A DNA stretch of 36,163 nt from Macrostomum lignano (lineage: Eukaryota), in the NCBI GenBank assembly GCA_002269645.1, contig NIVC01004751.1, positions 1 through 36,163 on the forward strand, read 5' to 3'. Each line of letters begins with the position of its first letter. The stretch's first letter is position 1. Positions 29,550 through 36,163 of the stretch are shown here, piece after piece. The position numbers and the translations under genes were made by a program. The notes below the pieces were generated by a model, which saw only the letters and a list, made by a program, of their open reading frames with translations, was not told the DNA's origin and did no database searches.

Positions 29550-32500
29550 TCAAACACTTCCGCCTTTCCACTTGTGGCGCTCGTCAGCCAGAGCGCTGGG
29601 CTGCAGGTGATTGAAGGCTCCAGTAGTCAGGCAGTGCCCAGCGCCAGTCAGAGCCACTACCGGGCCGATGGCGGCTCCCGGCAGCTGCCTGATCATGCCG
29701 ACAACGCCACCTTCCGTGGCAGCCGCTCGCATTTCGTCTGCGGTGTCGCTGGCAGTTTCCCGGATGACGCGGACGGCCCCGGCACAGGCGTCACGGAAGT
29801 CGCCTCGGGCACTGGCACCGCGCGAGACAGCGCGTATTCGCCGCTGCCGTCTCCGCTCGGTCAGGGGCAGCGGGCTGAGGACATCTTGGCTGAGCGCAGC
29901 AGCAGCCTGCAAGCCGCCCAAGATGCGGCCAGTCAGATCGAGCAAAGCGGCACCGCTGCTGCTAGCAAAAGAGTTCGCGCCGCGCTGCAGGCCTCGCAGC
30001 AGCAAGCCGTGCCGCATCCACGAGTCCACAGGCAGCCACACGAGGTCTCGCAGGCCAGTCAGAAGCTGCAGAAACACCCTGGCTGGCCCCAGGCCTCGCA
30101 CTACCTGGCCTTTCTGCTTATCCCGCAGGTCGAGGACCCACTCCCCGAGGGCGTAGGTGCACAGCCGATCGATGCCCAGCAGTCCGCCGCGGTGCTCCAG
30201 CCGCTTCAAGCGGAGCTCCACATCATTGAGATGAAGGAGACCTAGCGCGATGCCGCCCAGCGTGCCCTCGGATGGCTTAAAGCGGCCGCCATTAAAGTCC
30301 AGCCTGATGAAAACTTCGGGCGAGAACACAAAGCAGCGGAAGTAAAGCTGTTGTTGCTGATTTTGTTGTGACTGCAAGGACAGCGGCTGCTGATGCTGCT
30401 GCTCAGACTCCCGCTGAGCCACGATGGAGCCTTCAGCCAGTTCATCGAACAGCAGATTGATTTGTCTACTGGTCTCCATCACAGCCGCTTCTGAATCAGC
30501 TGCATCAGCAGCCTCCCCTGTCGACTCAAAGGAATCTTCAGACTTAGCATCGCCGACAGCGCCTGCTGAGATGGAGCAAGCGTCGTTTGGTTCCGTTTGT
30601 GCCGGCTGCGCTGGCGACAAGCGTTGAGAAACCTTAGTGTGCGAGGGGACAGCAGATGCCTTTTGACAATCTCTTTAAACATTACAAGAATTACTTTAAG
30701 TCGCAAAAATTTGAGTCATCGTAAGAAAAACCATGCAAGAACTGTTTAACTATGGAAACGGTGGCTTACCTCCGCAAAGAAAGCCTTGAGAAAGTAGAAG
30801 GCGTCCTGGTCCACGATAAGCCGCACTGGCTGCAGCGAGACCATCAGTAAGCACTCGGCCTTGTGTGCGGCCGACTCAGATTTCTGGTGCGACAGCTTAA
30901 GCGACAGCATAGGGGTGTAGGTCTGCCTGGGCATGAGCTCGGACGTGTGGCGGTACAGAAAGCTGTTAATAGGGGAGGTGGCCACTTTGTCCAGAATCTC
31001 TAAATCCTCTATAATTACCACCTGTCGCTGCAGAGTTTGCGAGTCATCGGGGAATCGTGAGTGGCGGACAGACAGCTTTTTAACTTGCAGCTGCATGCAC
31101 TGGTCTGAGCGGCGGCCACAGGCAGATTGCTGTTTACTGGAAGTCGGCAGCTGGCGCGCTGAGTATGAAGCCGAGCTCTGAAGATAAGACAATGCTACTA
31201 ACATTAATTTACTAGTGCTGATAGACAAAAACTTCATTTTATAAAAATGCTAAGCAAAGTACTATGTAGTAAAGTCCCAAATGCTTTCAGCACTTACAAG
31301 CGCGAGAGTGACGCTGTTTGAGGTAGTTGCGCGAAAGTCCAGCCCGCCGTACAGAGAAACACTAAAGCTGATGTCTCTAAGGGTGACCTGGTCCAGCGGA
31401 ATCCCCAGCTGCTTTGGCTCCTTAAGTTTGTCAGCCCGGCCAGCAGGAACCGGATAAAAATGGTCATCGATTCTGATTGGCTGCCGACATATTTTCTTCA
31501 CCTCAAAGTCGCCGTTGCGAACGCTGAGTCCGAGGCCAGGCTCATCAACAATGGTGAATCCCAGGTCATCCTGGGACTCTACAACGTGCTCATCAGCCTC
31601 GCCAGCTCGGGATCCAGCATCGCTTAGAGCCTCTTGAAGTTGCATGGGAATGCTCGACATCACGGAGCTACTGAGTGCGCTGTTGTTACATTCTGGCTGC
31701 TGCCGCTTCTGCAGCAAAGAGGATGAGCTGCAGCTTGACTCGTCCGCTGAATCACCAGGTTCTCCACTGCTAGTGGTGAGGTCACCTTCGTTGGCCAGGT
31801 GAGACATTAAGGATAGCAGTGCCTGCAGACTGTCTGAGCACAGATGAAACTGCAGCCCACGGCTGGAGCAGTTCAGAATGAACTTTGGTTTTCGCTGTGG
31901 AGCAAGCAATTGAAAATATGCGATATTCAGTGTAGATTGCGAGCAGGTGTATAATGTGATTCGTCAATACTCATCAGTTAAATGGGAGCAAAGCAATGTG
32001 CATTAAAAATCCTTACCAAGACACCAGTGGAATCGTTCATTCCAACATGTAATTCCAGAACTTCAAAGCCGGCAACGTGAGCATAGTCTGAAATCAGACA
32101 GGATAATGCTCGTTTGCTATTGAATAGTAGATAGGGAAAATTTGCACCTTATTCTCGTCTCAAAATTCTTTGAGAAGTAACAGTCTGATCAGCACTCATT
32201 CCACGCGCATAATAAGATCTAATTTAGGTAAATGAATACCTCGCTTCCACTTGGCGGAGCCGGCCCGATCTGTCAAGTAGAGGTCAGCATTTTCAAAGAG
32301 GAAGTCGCAGGCGCTGCTGTTGGCCTCCAGCTGCACAGTGCTGCTGATGTAGGCGTTGCGGACAGTCAGAATTGATCCGATCTGCAGCTTGGTTGGCCTG
32401 CAGGTGCGGATCAATTGCTAGCCGTGAGCAAATTCAATCTTCACATCGTGGGAACAGGACGGAAACACGATGAGCCCAGCCTACTCTCAAAGCTACTAAA

Positions 32501-35226
32501 AAAATAGATTATTTCGAGGCGCAACTGGTCAATGTTGCAAAGATAACTCACCGATAGTTCAGCGCGATGTCACTGAAGCTCACATGCAGGGTAGTGCGAA
32601 CCAGGGGCGCACTGTAGCCCTCGATGGGGTAGTCCAGCAGTTCGAACATGTTCATTAGCTGGCTCAACCAGAATTGCTGCCTGGGCTGCATTCGGTAGTG
32701 CAGGGCGGCCCGCGAGACCAGGAGGGCGATGGAGCACTCCTTTAGTCGTGACTTAAGCTCAGCGTCCACCGCCAGACTCAGCATCGGCTGTCGACGTCGG
32801 CTGCTGAACTGCATCTTGTCGGTTGCTGACCCTGCCATGTGACTGTTGGGTGAGAGCACCAGCTGCAGCTGCTCAGGTAACGGTGCTGTGAGCTGGTGGA
32901 AGCAGGGCTCTGAGAAGAAGCTCAAAGGCACGAGGCCTGGAATTAGTAAATTTATATTAAGACAAAGTAAACAATTATATCTGAGTTAAGAAGTACACTA
33001 AAAAGAAAAAACTTACCAGCATGATACAGACTAAAATCTCCCAGAGCAACGGTAGTATAAACTTTGTTAGGGTTGCCTCCATGACCAGTGACTGTGAAGA
33101 CCTCCGCATCCGTGAAGTCCAGCAATACGGCGCCCGCCTGTTGCGCCTGGGGCTGCGGATTCTCCAAATCTCGGGGACAAAGCGGCAAGTTTCCGACCAG
33201 CCGACCAGACTGAATAGAGATGGAAAGACAGAGGTCTGACTGCTGCTGCGGAGAACCCCGGAAGCCAAGCTTGTTAGATGACTTGCGGGATTCATCTTCA
33301 TCTTCGCTTCCTGACCAAATGAGAAACGAAACGGCCGATATAATAAGTACACAGTGTAAACCAAGACCAAAGAATTTCAAGCTGAGAAATCTCACCTCCG
33401 GCTGAGAGAGAAGACCTAAATGAGGTGAACTGCTGAGAAAACGAGGCCCCAGAGCTGCCAAGCATCTCTGCAAAGTTGATATGCGCAGGTAGGAAAGTCC
33501 GTTGGTCACACTGGGCTGGCGCAGCTGGCTGCCAAAGTGTGAGATCATTGAGCAGCCGGTTATACAGCATTTCTAGATTTGACTGACAGTCAAGGTTGAT
33601 GAGGCAGCGGGCCAGAGTCAGCTCAAACACCAGGCGGGAGTTGACAGCAGAGTTGGTGCGGAACTCGGACATCTCTGCGGGGTCGGCAGGTAGTACGCGA
33701 GACTCCCATACGAAACTGGACTGGCCGTTGCCGCCACCCTTGCCGATAAGGTCCCGCTTGGAGGAGAAGGGTGTGGCTCCCCAGGCGGGGTTGAGCAGTA
33801 TTGAGTCCATTGGCGGGGTGCCAAGGGTGCTCAAGCCGCTGGGAGGAGCGGAAGCAGCATTGGAGTCGAAGCCGATTGAGTCGGGCAAGAGCCGCAGGTT
33901 GCGGGCGGGTCTCATGCGGATGTGCAAGCGGGCAGCCTCGCTGATGCCGTCTACAGCCTGCGCAGCCTCGGGCGAGCAGCGCCAGGCCTCTGCAAAACGA
34001 ACTTGCTCGGTCTCTGAGCACAGCGTGGCGATCAGGCCGTCGGCACAAGTCGCCTCCAGAGCGAAGTCGGCATCGGTCTGCAGGCTCGCCAGGAGGGTGA
34101 GCTGCCGCAGGCGCAGCTCCAGCCACTCCGAGCGGACCACCTTTTTGTACCAGCGGGTCTGGCGCTGGCCACTCGGTCGCAGGTCTGGCACAGGAAAGTA
34201 CAGCCGCAGCAGAGCCTGCGGCGACTCGACTCGAATTTCTGATCGCTCGTATCGCTGAAGTTGCCTCCCGCGCAGTCGCCACCTTTCAGAGAAATGTCGG
34301 AAGCCACTGAGGAGAATGGCTGCTGATCGAACATCTGATTCTGATGCATATCCTGAGAGTCGAAGAAACAGGCGTAAATATTATGGCTAACCTGCCCCGT
34401 CATTCCGAGCTACTTCTGCCCGCCCTTGAATTGCCTATTTAGCCTGCTTAGCTATTTTGCTGTTTTCAATCTAGTTTGCAATGAACGACGATGCCAAGGT
34501 AATGCAAAAATTAACGAGTAAATTTTAATTAGAATATTTGAACAAGGTGCAAAAACTTGTACCTGGGAATCGTAACGCGCAGGCTGGGAAAATCGAAGGC
34601 CTCCCTAAGAGCAGCCAACCGATCAATAAGCGTTAGGTCCACATCGATGAGACAGCTCGCTAGACTCAACTTAACGCTGCTCAGCCTGTCTAATTCTCGG
34701 CCGCGCTGCGGGGAGTTTCATTTTTTTATTAGTGCATTGGTATTCTATAACACATTTAGCTATTGATAGTAGCTAAATTCTAAAATATTCTATAATAAAA
34801 TTAAATTATAAAATAAATTTGTCTTATCAAATCAGTTATTCATCGCTGATTAACAATATAGGAAGCTGGCAAGTGCAGAGTGAAATGCAGTTTCACTGGC
34901 CGCCATGCTAAGCAGAAATAAACAAACCAAACGAAACTGCATGGCGCCTGATCAGACAAGCATTCCACGATTTGTGCAAACATCTGCCAGCTTCAATCAA
35001 GCAATGCAATACTTCTTACGTGCGAATGTACACACAGATACGCAGGTGGAAATCGCAGTCCGGTATCAATTGAAACTGCTAATTACTAAGAGCAGAAATG
35101 GACTAACATGCCACCCCAGCGTGTCATCCCCACCCTGTTATTGCTTACATGCCGCTCGGTTTGAACAAAGTCTATTCTTATACTGGGCTGGCTGGAGTGC
35201 AGCGACTGCTCCGGAAAAGCAACAAC
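29550..35226 (-). CDS. ATG2: Autophagy-related protein 2, central and C-terminal exons; 5' exons not located here
   Basis: Exons 35226-35149, 34705-34563, 34306-33396, 33310-33017, 32936-32552, 32397-32240, 32087-32017, 31894-31298, 31177-30770 and ~30605(or 30632)-29550; phases consistent. Motifs FPVPDLR, LYNRLLNDL.LW, VRLIVDQDA, FIRLDF.G, LKRL..RGGLLG, LRDLVWLP, GLQRGA.SF, terminal HKWK. Confidence 0.92.
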
Positions 35227-35672
35227 CTGTCGAAATAGAGAAAAGGGTTTGCATACGATTGATTTAATTAGAAAATTAGAAGAGTTATTTTGAAACTTTC
35301 AATACAAGTTGATAGTCCAATCCCCTATTAATTTAAAATATAGACTTGAAAATATGCAAATTTCTTTAATCAATAAACAAAAATACTAACATTTGACAAA
35401 GCAGCACTGGTCACTGGACAAAATCTGTCGAAAGAAAACAAGCAATATATAACATTAGAATTATGGAAAAAGAATAATGGTGTGCGTAAGTTGATCAGAC
35501 TGCAAAGTCGTTTCGCGCCCTGCAGACATGTCAACCAACTAAACGAGCGAGATGGGTCAACAAAGAGGGCCGCCCGGATAGGTCCAAACAAAGCAAATTA
35601 CAGCTGCAATTGATTCTAAACGCAGCGAATGACTCAGCTGCAGGGTGTCGACGCATTTTTTGTCTCCCAAAT

Positions 35673-36163
35673 TTATTTATTTTTAGTCTTCTGTTCACTT
35701 TCGGAGTCCAGTTTATGCTGCAGCTCTCGAGCTTCTAGGCACATTGAACGGGCAGATCGTACATGCTGCAGCATTCTGGGAGTGATGGCAATTGCTGTTA
35801 CTGATCCGGCATCATGAATAGCTTGGGAAACAATTCTCTGTGCAATTAGGCTTCGGTCAGATAAGTTTTCCAACAGCAGACTATTGTTAATAGAGAAGCC
35901 ATTTTCAAACTGATGCCTGCCCATGTGACAATATTAGAACACTTTCTGCTGAGAAAAGAGGTTAGAATAGAACACATCAAGTCGATCAGTATGCCTGCCA
36001 AAACCTCTGCAGAGAGCTACAACAGCACTGAGGATCACTTTACATGATAAAAAACTGCTGCTTCGCTTTATCAGCATCCTCATGTGTCAACCAACCAGAG
36101 TCAGAAAGCAGCTTCATTAGCAACTTGAACCTCTTGTCAACACAAACTAGTGTCCTCCTGAAG
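35673..36163 (-). mobile_element. hAT-like transposase C-terminal pseudogene, continuing past the window edge
   Basis: DADKAKQQF, DRLDVFY, LILSHGQASV(+1)ENGFSINN..LLENL..RSLIAQRIV, ITPRML.HVRSAR; an SxxERxFS-type dimerization motif with frameshifts. Confidence 0.7.

Noticed and set aside
29574-34403. Long plus-strand and off-frame ORFs overlapping ATG2
   Set aside because: Expected shadows of GC-rich coding exons; the ATG2 frame explains the sequence.
34306-34563. Apparent splice-phase conflict in ATG2
   Set aside because: Resolved by the acceptor CCATTCTCCTCAG with the exon starting at 34306.

Overview
Animal (invertebrate) genomic DNA with GT-AG introns; a flatworm such as Macrostomum is only a guess from sequence style. 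Bases 1 to ~10,487 are the right-hand ~10.5 kb of an integrated Polinton/Maverick (adintovirus-like) dsDNA element. It carries a heavily frameshifted protein-primed PolB, an intact adenain-like protease, a hydrophobic membrane protein split by one in-frame TGA, a coiled-coil protein, a packaging ATPase (1 frameshift + 1 stop), a pVI/core-like small protein, a 414-aa Q/P-rich protein, an intact double jelly-roll major capsid protein, a frameshifted penton, a small Tyr-rich ORF and a repeat-rich terminus. The left end and any integrase would lie upstream of the window. The rest is host DNA with three spliced minus-strand genes whose exon phases I could reconcile by hand: a TPPP/p25-alpha gene (3 exons), WDTC1/adipose (6 exons, start exon not found) and the 3' part of ATG2 (10 exons). 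Transposon debris includes an RT+RNase H LINE remnant interrupted by a non-autonomous Ginger-like element, a Tc1/IS630-like remnant and a hAT-like remnant. The most notable signals are in the virus-like element: candidate ESCRT late-domain motifs (PTAP, LYPxI) on its membrane protein, a shared A-run-ATG start signature, protease-site-like GxG motifs, and very uneven decay.
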